From NCBI GenBank assembly GCA_964016885.1, contig OZ024743.1, positions 327,298,001 through 327,362,000 on the forward strand: a stretch of 64,000 nt of DNA, given 5' to 3'. Position numbers and translations under genes: made by a program. Origin of the DNA: Eledone cirrhosa. Taxonomy: Eukaryota. A model generated the notes under the pieces. It was not told the DNA's origin, ran no database searches, and was given only the letters and a program-made list of their open reading frames with translations. Below, in pieces: positions 12,601-24,029 of the stretch (its first letter is position 1; every line of letters begins with the position of its first letter).

Positions 12601-13035
12601 ATGGAAGATAGAAGGCTGCCTAAACAGTTATTTTATGGGGAGTCAAACAGGGGAAAAAGGCCACAGCATAAACTGGTTTAGGGATGTCATAAAAATCCAG
12701 CAGGAATTGAGGTGCAATGTATGTGGCCAATTTCTTCTATCAAGAGCTGGATTTGTATACCAAGCCAAGGAGAAGCCACTTGTGAGATGGTTCTACCACC
12801 ACACACTGCATGGTAATTTGCAATGAGTATGGCTTAATTGGACTGACCAGACATGGTAGAATGCATGAAGACATACCCCAGCTGGTATTGCCAGAAGACA
12901 GTTCAAGTGTCACATTTGTGACCATGCTTGCAAAACAAAAGCAGGTCTGAAAAGTCACATGTATGCACATGATTGTGCAATGTCCAATGAAGGGATAGCA
13001 CTCTTCTAACAAGAAGTAGCAATCAACATGTATGT
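9700..13035 (+). mobile_element. RTE-BovB-like LINE, near full length, decayed
   Basis: APE endonuclease (ATWNIGTL, RELSRYNIDI, SVYAP, LLGDFNA), RT (YKGK, DYRSISLL, CGFR, FLYADD), C-terminal C2H2 fingers and a (TATG)n tail. Confidence 0.92.
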
Positions 13036-13314
13036 ATGTGTGCAGGCATGACTGTAAGGATAAGGAGTTCTTTTCACATCCACATGGTAAGAGAATACTA
13101 TTATAGCCTCAGCTTGTGGGTGAAATTTGGTAGGTGGAAATTGCAGAAGCCTATCATACATACATACATACACACACATACACATGCACACACACACAAA
13201 TATATGTAATATGTATGTATCCATAGCTATGTTTGCATTTGTGTCTTGTGTTTATGTCCCTATGAGCAACATAGTATTGTGGTTTGATAATTGTTAACAG
13301 TGTACACAATATTT

Positions 13315-13510
13315 AAATAATTGTTTCTACTTTTGGCACAAGGCCAGTAATTACCCAGTGGATTACTGGTACTTTATTTTATCGACCCCATAAGGATGAA
13401 AGGCAAAGTTAACCTCAGCGGGATTTGAACTCAGACCATAAAGGGCCGTAACTCTTTGCTGCAAAGCATGGCGTCAGTCCCTCTACCAATACTGCCAATC
13501 CACTGCATAT
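13315..13510 (-). mobile_element. SINE family A copy
   Basis: Reverse complement of the family A consensus. Confidence 0.85.
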
Positions 13511-13744
13511 ATTTAAATAATAAGCTATGGATTGGCATCAGGAAGAGTATTCAGCTGTTGAAATCCTGCCTCAAAAGGTCTCATTACAACCCATACAAGC
13601 ACGGAGAAAGCGAACAAAATTGATGGGGTGATGATGACTGTACAAGTTCAGTGAATGCACAGAAGTTGGTTTATCCACAGTTAGTTTTATAGTTGTATGT
13701 TGAAATTGTTAATCATATGACTGTGTAGAAGGTAATTTTCTTTG

Positions 13745-13992
13745 TCATCTTGATACCAAACCACTTGAAACCACCCCTGATCCTACTATAGAAAACTGTT
13801 TATTTTAAAGTCTTAATATTTATCTAAAACATTCCATCATAATTTTTTGTAAGAACCTTTGTTAAGTTATGTCCAAACACCATCTTAGTAATGAGAAAGT
13901 TAGTCATATTGCTAAATCCCTTCAGATTCTTGATTATTTTCAAAACCATAGACAGTGTCTTTCATTAGAAATATGGTAACAAAAGAGTTAAA
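13745..13992. mobile_element. MITE-like repeat, probably piggyBac-type
   Basis: Ends in aaaagagttaa. Homologous to 62290-62460 (gttccaaacacca...taatgagaaagttagtc...ttcattagaaatatgg). Confidence 0.5.
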
Positions 13993-14419
13993 GCTGTGAT
14001 ATGTAATTTTTTTTTATTCTTTGTACACAAATACATTGTGCTTTCCTTGTAATGTTACATTTCTCAATGCTTATTAGATCTAATAAAAATTATTTTCATC
14101 ATTGTTTTAATGTCTGCTTTCCCTGCTAGCAAGGAATATATTATAATATATTACTTGCTAGCAGGATAAGCAGAAATCATTATCTCTTCAATCAATAATT
14201 ATTGATTAAAGAGATAGTGTTGTCTAAGATTAGTACAAGGCCACATAATTATCAGAGAGAAGTATAGCTGACTGAATAAATCACAGTATATGACTGGTAC
14301 TTATTTTATTAACATTGGAGAGATTAAAGGTAAAGTTGATGGCAACATGATTTAAGAGTAGAACCTAGAAGAATAAACTACATTGTTATTGGACCACTAT
14401 TGATTCCAATGACAAATGT

Positions 14420-14718
14420 TCCTGCTGATTCAATCAATGGAACAGCCTTCTTATGAAATTAATGTGTGAATAGCTAAGCATTCTAAACTCATGTGCATTC
14501 TTAATGTAGTTCTCAGGGAGAGTCAGCATGACAGAATGTGTGATAAAATGGCTATTGGATTTACGGGCACAATTAATTTTTGACAGCTGAGTGGACTAGA
14601 ACAACATGAAATAAACTGTCTTCTTGTTTAAGAACAAAATGTACCATCTGGTCCAGGAATCAAACTCACTACCTTATGATCATGAGCTGAACTCCTTAAT
14701 CACTAAGCCACATGCCAT
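14420..14718 (-). mobile_element. tRNA-derived SINE with CORE-like domain, family B
   Basis: Head tggcttagtg...gtgagtttgattcc and a CORE-like gttctagtccactcagctg. Related copies at 48440-48580, 49555-49810 and 58680-59005. Confidence 0.7.
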
Positions 14719-15433
14719 CAAAATTAATATATTGCATGGTAGTTGTACTGCTTGAAGAAGTAAGACTAATAAACCAATTTCAATTCATTATTGTTTGTGT
14801 TATTTTTATATTAGTTAGGACAGGTAATTTCTTTCATATAGTAAAAAAAAAAAAAAGTTAATGTCTATCCCAAGTCCGGAGGCTTATCATGCTGGTGCTT
14901 CTCCAGGTTTTATTAGTGTTAAGTGACTGTCAGTACCAGACCTTTGCCTGGACAGGATATTAGTTCATTGCAGGGTTAACTGCCAGCTACTACTGGTGTT
15001 CATTTTCAGCTGAGTTGACAGGAGCAATCATCATCATCATCATCGTTTAACGTCCATCTTCCACGCTTGCATGGGTTTGGACGGAGCAATGTGAAATGAA
15101 ATAATTTTGCTCAAGGATACAGTATCTGATCCAAGAATGAAACCTAGAGATATGTAACAAAAGACCAATAATTTGTTTTTAAGAGCTGGTACAATGTGGT
15201 AGAAAAATACAAAGGATATATGGTGACAAATGAAACAAAACAAAACAAATTAATGTTTTACCCAGTGTATTTTAACATGATATTTAAGGGCAATTATCCT
15301 CTTTTCAGATGCAAAACTGAAACAGTCCAAGACAAAACAAATATTCTAAGAAGAGAAGTTAGTGAGGGTAGGTCTATATTAGTACACTAAAGTTGTAACC
15401 TCATGATTCAATTTCATTAGTTAATTACATTTT

Positions 15434-15583
15434 GGGTGTTGATACATAGCTGTGTACCAGTAATGTACTGGGACTGGCAAGTGTGGGTGTTGATACATAG
15501 CTGTGTACCAGTAATATATTGAGACTGGCAAGTGAGGATGTTGATACATAGTTGTGTACCTGTAATATACTGGGTCAGGCAAG
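15434..15583. repeat. 51-bp minisatellite, about 3 copies
   Basis: gggtgttgatacatagctgtgtaccagtaat...ctggcaagt recurs at 15434, 15485 and 15536. Confidence 0.9.
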
Positions 15584-15891
15584 ATTTAAGAATAGAAGGT
15601 AAGCTCTTGCTTTGCTAGCTGAAATTTTTTAACAAACTTTAGTATTAACTCTTAACATCTCATAATGATTTAGTAGAAACTATGTAATGCTGGTATGTTA
15701 ATTCAAATGTTTATAGTGTCTTTACTACTGGACAAATCGTTGTGAAACTTTGTACTATTAGAGTAAAGGCTTCAATTTTTCATATGTTGCAGTCATAGTG
15801 TTGTTTTATACTTTTCAAGAATGTCTTACTAATATGATTTCATTTGCTACAGCACGTTAAATGTTAAATGTATAAATATTAAATTACTAAC

Positions 15892-18800
15892 ATCATCATC
15901 ATCATCATCTTCGTTTAACGTCCATCTTCCACGCTAGCATGGGATAGACGGGCGTTGTCCCACTTGAGGCAAGATTGGTCGGGTGACTGTGTCTTGCTCA
16001 TATAGGACTATCTGGCAGGTTTTCTACGGCTAACACCAACCACATTTACAGTGTGGAACTGGGAACTTTTTACTGTGTTACCTACACGGCCACATTACAG
16101 CGTGGACTGTGTGTTTTTTTTCTCGTGACACCTACACGATCTCGATCTTGATCTCATTATCTCATTTATTTGGACTGGATGTTGTGGTACCAACTTTACA
16201 GAGAGAGGGTGGTGTTAGTGGGAGGATAGGGTAGGGGTAGTGGATTGGGGTGTATATTTGGTTAAGAGGTTTCACTTTGTACATAGGCAAGACGGGTCTT
16301 CTGTATTATTGCGTAGCGCCAAAGATCTCGGTCCAGTGACATTGTCTTAGAGAGGTGTAAGTGTGTAAGGTCGGAATTTATCAAATCGTCCCAGGTTTTT
16401 CTGGGTCTACCTACTCCGTAACCACCATCAATTTTGATCGCCCTGCACTTTTTTATACAGCTGTCGTCTTTCATGCGCATCACGTGGCCATACCAACGTA
16501 GTCTTCTCTCGAGTAAACAGCAACTGATCCCTCTTATTCCTAATTTCTCACTTAGTTCATTTATGCTTTGCCTTTCACGTATATTACTATTACACATCCA
16601 ACGGAGCATGCATGTTTCATTCCTTTCCAGTCTGCGCAGGTCCTCTGCACACAATGCCCATGTAGCACTGCTGTTCGTATACAGGCATCATACAATCTGC
16701 CTTTTATTTTTAGAGAGAAACCTTTTGTGGCCAACAGCAGTAAAAGCTCTCAGAACTTTTTCTATCCCGTTCTGACTCTGGCTACTGTAATTTCAGAGCA
16801 CCCTCCACCACTGCTGATTTTGTCACCCAGGTAACGGAAGTGTCCACTATTTCTATAGAACCATCTGGGCAATTGAAGGAGCTAGTATCCTGTGGGCACT
16901 TGCTACTTATTGCACCTGAGCATCGGCCACATATAAAATCTATGTTCTTAGATAGTTTACCTGTGATCCCACTATATCTTTTATGTGCCCATACTTTGCA
17001 TTTGGAACATAAAATGGAATTTCTGCCTACTCCTTTCCTACACACTGAGCATGGCCATTTCCCTGAGGGCACCTGTGCCCTATTTTCCTTTCTACAAACT
17101 AGAACTTTAGTCTTAGACAAGTTAACTTTAAGGCCTTTTGATTCTAGGCCATTCTTCCATGTTTGGAATTTCTTCTCTACTTCAACCATAGATTCAGCTA
17201 TGAGAGTTAGATCATCTGCGTATAGGAGTTCCCATGGGCAGCTGGTCTTAAACTCCTCTGTTATATCCTGAAGGGCAATAATAAATAGGAGGGGGCTAAG
17301 GACAGAGCCTTGATGAACACCAACTTTTACGCTAAATTCTTCACAATATTCATTGTTAATTCTAACCTTACTGACTGTTTCTTTATACATAGCTTATATA
17401 GCTCTCACAAGCCATTCATCTACACCTAGTTTTCTAAGGGCCCACCTGATAATGGAGCGGGGGACTCTGTCAAAGGCTTTCTGCTGGTCTACAAAAGCTA
17501 AGTAGAGGTGTTTACTTTTAGCTAGGTACTTCTGTAGTTGTCGTACAAGGAAAAGAACGTCTGTGGTACTTTTACCTGACACAAACCCAAACTGCATTTC
17601 ATCTAGATCAATTCGCTCTCTGATTAGTTGCGCTATAACTCTTTCTGTGACCTTCACGACCTGGTCAACTAACTTAATGCCTCTATAGTTTCCCCTATCT
17701 AGAGCATCCCCTTTACCCTTGAAGCAGTTAATGATGATGCTGCTGCTGCTACGCCAGTCTTTTAGTAAGACCCCATTCTGTATTACTTGGTTAACTATAC
17801 GGGTGACCATAGTATGTCCCACCATTCCAGATGCCTTCAACATCTCAGCAACTATCTCCGAAGGCCTAGCTCCCTTACCTGTCTTCATATCTTTGATTGC
17901 CTTACTACCTTTAAATTACACCGCTGGTCCTTCTATTGGATTGATTTGGGGCAGACTATCTTTTTCTCATTTATTCTCCTCATTTAATAGTCTCTCGTAG
18001 TGACACTTCCAAGCTATATTCTTATCAGTATCAGTGAGGGCATGTACACCATTATCATTAAGGACACACTTCTCCCCGACAATATCACGGTTTTCCTTGA
18101 CACATTGTCTAGCAATCCTGAACACCTCACGTTTTTGGTCCTCGCGTTGTAGAACATGCTTGAACTTTCTTTCCTCTTCTTCCCTTCTTGTAAGGTACAC
18201 TTGTCTCTTGGCTTCCCTCCTGGCCACTTGATAGTGTTCTCTACTTCCCCCATCCCGCCATACTTTCCAAGCCTGCTTTTTGGCCATGATTGTCTCCTCC
18301 ACCTTACTGTTCCACCACCAAGTTACTCTCCTCCTGCCAATAGGTCTGCTCCAGTCACAGATTTTATCCGTTGCTTTCAGCAGGTTCACTTTCAAGAATT
18401 GCCACTGTTCCTCTATATCGCACATCTCTAATTGCTCTTCCTTATTGTCAAAGGCATCAAGTAATAAGCTTTTAAATTTGTCACTGGCTATGGGGTCCTT
18501 CAACTTCCATAATCTTCTCCTCAAGGTAGGCCTCCTCTGTCGTCGAGTACGCCTATTCCTGACTATGAGGTCACTAACTACTAGGCTATGTCGGGAGGTG
18601 CATTCTTTACGAGGGAGGGATTTAGTGTTTACAACAGACACTGTCACGTCTTCTGGTAAGGATATAATCTATCTGACTGGCGTGTTCCCCTGATCTATAG
18701 GTGATCAAGTGGTTTTCTCATTTTTTAAAGTTTGTGTTACAGATAGTTAGGTTATTAGCGTCACAGAATTCCAGGATTATGGAGTCCTCCTAATTTCTAT

Positions 18801-19072
18801 TTCCAAGCCCATAGCCTCCATGGATTCCATCATAACCATCACTATGTTGTCCAATGTGACCGTTTAGGTCGCCAGCAATAATTAAGTAGTCACTGTTGGT
18901 TATTTGGGAGGTAGTGTGCATTAGCGTCTCATAGAACCTGTCCTTTATAACGTCAGATAGACCAGATTGGGGTGCATAAGCGGATATTATTGTGACAGTA
19001 GTTCTATTTAGAACTAGTCTTATTTTAATTATTCTGTCATTCACTCTATTTACGTCAATTACCTTATCAGCT
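15892..19072 (-). mobile_element. RTE LINE, 5'-truncated, ~3.2 kb (APE endonuclease, RT with embedded PHD-like finger, 3' UTR, (GAT)n tail)
   Basis: ISAYAPQ, IIAGDLNGH, NYRGIKL, QFGF, GVHQGSVLSP, LLYADD and GRPRKTW across several frameshifted ORFs. Confidence 0.95.
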
Positions 19073-19089
19073 AACATATGTAACAATTT

Positions 19090-19960
19090 TCTAAAAAAGC
19101 AACTATTGAAACTATTGAAAATGAAGAAAATTACAAACAGAAGCTGCTGGCTGAAAAACTGAGTAAAAGTAGGATCTTCATGGATTTGGTTGAAAAAAGC
19201 TGATCTTAATAGAGAGACAACGTTTAATAATAGCTGCTTAAGACCAAGCACTAAACACAATTGCGATAAGAAATATATATAACCCGGATGAAACAAATAA
19301 GTCATGTGGGAAGAAGGTAGAAAGTGTGACACATTATGAGTGCCTGTGACATGCTTGCACAGACAGAATGTAAAAGGCATTGTGATAAAATGTACTTTTA
19401 CTTGCATTGGTCTTTCATCATCATCACCATTTTACGTCCGTTCTTCCATGCTAGCATGGGATGAAAGAAATATGGGTTTGCAACCACTGAGAAATCAGAC
19501 TGTGAAACTCTTGTGGGACATTACAATTCAGACAAATAAAGTTCTTATAAATACAAGGCCAGACATAACTTTTGGTGGAGAGGGGGACTAAAAGGAGGTG
19601 TTTGTTGATCAATGTAACTTGCCCAGGAGACCATTACATCAATGGTAAAGAACACAAGAAAATTGTAAAGTATGCAGACTTGAGAATAGATGTTGAGAGA
19701 ATGTGGAATATGAAAGCAAGAGTGGTACCATTTGTGATTGGTTCACTTGGGTTAGTGACAGAAAATTTCCAGAAAAACCTTGATAGAATTGGAATCTGTT
19801 CCAGCATTATGACATTGCAAAAAGCAACACTTTAGGGAACAGCAAATATCCTGCAAAAAGTAATGTCTGTCTGAGGCTACATAACTTGATAGGGAGTCAA
19901 TTAAACGATCCAGTGTTAATAAGATTATCCATGTGCAAATTAATATTATAATAATAATAA
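19090..19960 (+). mobile_element. R4/Dong-clade non-LTR retrotransposon 3' fragment
   Basis: SWIWLKKADL..DQAL, CGKKVESVTH, KLLWDITIQT..NTRPDI, KYADLRIDVERMW..VPFVIGSLG; ends in (TAA)n. Confidence 0.85.
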
Positions 19961-20760
19961 TGACAATGTTTTCTTTATTAACCGCAAAGCGTATACTTAA
20001 ACTACATTAAAGACAGCACAGGACGGTACAAATATGGGTTTCTGCGTGTACAAAAAAAAAACAAAAAACAAATAACAAAAACAAAGGATGTAACAAAAAA
20101 TCAAAACAAAGGAAATTTGCCCAAGACGTCATCGTTCTTGCTCTCCACTAACCCTCTATAGAATGCGAAGGTAGAATTTCCACTGATCACAGTGCCTGAT
20201 TGGCCAAGGGCTTGAAGACATTTCAGTTCCCAAGCTCTCTTTCTTGGTCTCTGCTTGACCCAAGGTTACAGCTCCGTCAAGGAGATGAGTTGGAGAAAAA
20301 CATGCCTAGCGAGGAAGATCTGAAAATATTGTAGCCTCAGCGCATGTTTGTGCATCATCAGCCATGGCATGTCCACTCTTCCACATCATGGGTGTTGACA
20401 GCAGATGGACTGCCTGACCATCGGAACATATTCCTTCCACAAAAAGCGAAAGAGCAAACGCTCCAGTGCAGTCAGACGAGTCTTAAGACTAGGCACAATG
20501 GTCAGGTGATAGTAGATGACAGATCTACGCATTCATCACTTCCACCCAACCTTTCAGGGTTAGCTTCTTGGCTCATTTCTTCATGAGAGAGGCCACCCTG
20601 TTTGTCACTTTGTCCCAGTTTTTGTCCATCTGGAGGTCCGGACCAAACCAGACCTCTAGTAATTTAACCGGTCCACCCATCCAGTGCCCAACAATGCTGT
20701 TGGATGGTATGGACCTGCCTCACCAGGTGCTAAGTCAAAGGCCCACCGACTTTTCCGGGT
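19950..20760 (-). mobile_element. L1/Tx1-like LINE fragment with an internal deletion
   Basis: The 3' UTR matches 33792-33960. Adjacent coding sequence (RGLVESKNDDVLG) matches 33066-33107. Confidence 0.75.
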
Positions 20761-20799
20761 AAATCATTTATCCTGTCACCTCCTCGTATTCTCTTAGAG

Positions 20800-21870
20800 A
20801 TGAAAGGCAAAGTTAACCTCGGTGGGATTTGAACTCAGATCATAAAGGGAGGTAACTCTATGCTTCAAAGCATGGCGTCCGACCCTCTACCGATACTGCC
20901 AATCCACTGCCCTTATTAAAGTAATAATAATAATGATAATTGTTTCTACTTTTGGCACAAGGCCAGCAATTACCCAGTACATTACTGGTACTTTATTTTA
21001 TCGACCCCGTAAAGATGAAAGGCAAAGTTAACCTCAACGGGATTTGAACTCAGACCGTAAAGGGACGAAACTATGCTGGAAGGCATGGTGTCCGACCCTC
21101 TACCGATACTGCCAATTCAAATAATAATAATAATAATTGTTTCTACTTTATGCACAAGGACAGCAATTTGAAAGGGAGGGGAAAGTTGATTAAATCGACC
21201 TCAGTGCATTACTGGTGCTTTATTTTATCGACCCCGTAAAGATGAAAGGCAAAGTTAACCTCAACGGGATTTGAACTCAGACCGTAAAGGGACGAAACTA
21301 TGCTGGAAGGCATGGTGTCCGACCCTCTACCGATACTGCCAATTCAAATAATAATAATAATAATTGTTTCTACTTTATGCACAAGGACAGCAATTTGAAA
21401 GGGAGGGGAAAGTTGATTAAATCGACCTCAGTGCATTACTGGTGCTTTATTTTATCGACCTCGTAAGGATGGAAGGCAAAGTTAACCTCGGCAGGATTTG
21501 AACTCAGAAGATAAAGGGACGTAACTCTATGCTGCGAAGCATAGTATACAACAATCTACCGATACTGCCAATCTACTGCCTTAAATAATAAGGATAATAA
21601 TACTATTTTCTTCTACTGCTACCTGGTGGTGGTGGTGGTGGGGGGGGGGGGGGGCATTAGAAGGACAGATATTAATAATTGTTTCTACTTTAGGCACAAG
21701 GCCAGCAATTACCCAGTGCATTACTGGTACTTTATTTTATCGACCCCGTAATGATGAAAGGCAAAGTCAACCTCGGCGGGATTTGAACTCAGATCGTAAA
21801 GGGACGTAACTATGCTGGAAAGCATGGCGTCCGAACCTCTACCGATACTGCCAATTCAAATAATAATAAT
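20800..21870 (-). mobile_element. Head-to-tail array of about five family A SINEs
   Basis: Repeated ttgtttctactt...gaaaggcaaagttaacctc...gatttgaactcaga...taccgatactgccaat units separated by (TAA)n. Includes a near-exact 227-bp duplication. Confidence 0.9.
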
Positions 21871-21989
21871 GTAGGATAACAAAGGATCTACTTGTACACT
21901 TGATATATAACTACTACCACCACCACCATCACAGTGTCAACTAGCAAAACAAGCAAGACAAAAAATGATATATAAAAAAATCAACTTAC

Positions 21990-22256
21990 TGGATGAGATC
22001 GATTCTGAGGTATTGTCTCCACATAAGTAGTTGCATTTTTTTCATTAATGTTATTTTGCTCCAACAATGTCCCATATGGAGGTTTAACATTGTTTTGAAC
22101 ATCAAGTTCCTGCAACTTGGCTGAGAGGTTGTATACCTGCCATTGCAAGTAACCTACCCATGCTAGCAACATGACCAAACCCAGATAAACATATCTGCAG
22201 GTATCTGTAGCATTGTTGCTATAAATTGTTGCTAGAAGCTGCTTCTTTAATGACAT
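21990..22256 (-). CDS. Coding exon of a type II transmembrane protein (short N-tail, one TM helix, stalk); ectodysplasin/TNF-ligand- or transmembrane-collagen-like layout
   Basis: 89 codons, MSLKKQ...RYVYLGLVMLLAWVGYLQWQVYNLSAKLQELDVQ...NRSHP, in non-repetitive sequence. Ends at a consensus donor CCA|GTAAGT (phase 0). Acceptor tttcag lies 4 nt before AAAATG. The TM segment is followed by a heptad-like stretch and N-x-S/T sequons. Confidence 0.7.
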
Positions 22257-22466
22257 TTTACTGAAACTACTTTATCTGGATCCCATTTGAAATGAAATTA
22301 AAAAAGAATGAGTTGCAAATATACCTAAACTAGTATATGCATGCTAGAAATAGAATAACAAAAATAGAGGTAGCAACCCGGAACATCTATAACCTATTGA
22401 CCAATCACTGTTTTTGATACTTTGATATGCCCTTGGCCTGATTACATTTATATGTTTCTGGGAAAG

Positions 22467-22523
22467 GTGTTCTTAGAAAAGGGAGAAAAAACTGTGTATA
22501 TATATATATATGTGTGTATATAT

Positions 22524-22585
<62 letters not shown>

Positions 22586-22639
22586 ATATATACACATATA
22601 TATATATACACAGTTTTTTTCTCCCTTTTCTAAGAATAC
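22467..22639. repeat. Fold-back palindrome centred on (TA)n
   Basis: ttcttagaaaagggagaaaaaactgtg...(TA)n...cacagtttttttctcccttttctaagaa. Confidence 0.9.
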
Positions 22640-23660
22640 TAGATCACCTGTGACACATTGGGTCACATTCACTTCAAAATAATTTTTAAATAATTAAAAT
22701 ATACAGATGTATATATAATGTGAAATGAAACTGGAAGGCCCATATATATACGTGTGTGTATGTATATATATAAAATGTGTGTGTATGTATATATATATAA
22801 ATGTGTGTGTGTGTGTATACATATAAATATATGTATGTGTGTATATATATATATATATGTGGGTGTCTGTGATCTATATACACTGGTCATAGACACACAC
22901 ACATATAAATACACATATATATTTACACACACTCACCTATATATATACACACACACTCACACACTAATATATATATATATATATATATACACAACATCAC
23001 CAGCTCTCTCTCTCTCTCTTCCATTCTCCTCTGTCTCCTCTCCCTCTCTCTATGTCTCTTTCAATCTACTCTCTTTCTCTCGATCCTTCTCTCTCTCTCT
23101 CTAGAAGGTACCCGGAAAAACACCACATCTCAGGAACCCGTGTTCCGATTTATCCGAAACTTGTTTTATTCCATTTGTATTTGCATTTCAGGGTCAACTT
23201 CCTTTCAAAGTATTTTCCCATTATGTGCCCTTTTGGCTATATTACATTACAGACAAGCAACCAAACAATCACAGACCTTTAGTAATGCACTAGACCACCT
23301 GTGACCCGTTGAGTCATGTTCACTTCAAAATATTTTTTAAAAATCATGTTCACTTCAAAATAATTTTTAAATAATTAAAATATACACAAACGTGTATATA
23401 ATGTGAAATGAAACTGGAAGGCCCATATATATATACCTGTGTGGATGTGTGTGTGTGTACACATCCACATATGTATATATATGTATATATGTGTCTGTGT
23501 GTGTGTGGGTTTCTGTGATCTATATACACTAGTCATAGATGCACACACACATGCACACACACACACATATATGTCCACACATGCTGACATGTATATATAT
23601 GCAACAACACTCTCCCTCTCTCTATGTCTCTCTTTCAATCTACTCTCTCACTCTTTTCAT
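22639..23660 (-). mobile_element. Two tandem copies of a microsatellite-containing repeat with Helitron-like 3' ends
   Basis: Direct repeats starting at 22639 and 23290. On the minus strand each ends in a tgac..gtca hairpin followed by CTAG|t. Confidence 0.55.
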
Positions 23661-24029
23661 GGTAATATATATTTTTTTAATGCTAAATTATTAATAACAA
23701 TATACCATATTTGCCACCCTATTATGCCTTTTCATAAGGCACTCCCACTTTTTTTTTATTATATTTGACATTATATTTTGATGTTTATAGACATATTTAT
23801 GGACCACGTCCAATGTCACGGTTTTTCACTCTTCGTGGGTGATCTAGGACAATACCGGAGGACAATTGTATATGTGTATGTGTATCTATAGGTATGTGTA
23901 TAAATATATATATATATGTGTGCATGTCTATATGTATTTATAATATATAGATATGTATGTATGTGTGTATAAATATCTTGTATATCATCATCATATGTGT
24001 TTTTATGTCTTTTTTTCCATGCTTGCAAG

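Noticed and set aside
15309-15367. Plus-strand exon candidate (ttttcag|...CKTETVQDKTNILRREVSE G|gtaggt)
   Set aside because: The splice signals are plausible, but I found no partner exon or recognisable homology, and it is antisense to the supported gene.
22405-23768. YIYI/CVCV/HTHT ORFs here and at 41189, 50525 and 63103-63986
   Set aside because: These are translations of (TA)n, (TG)n and (CATA)n microsatellites.
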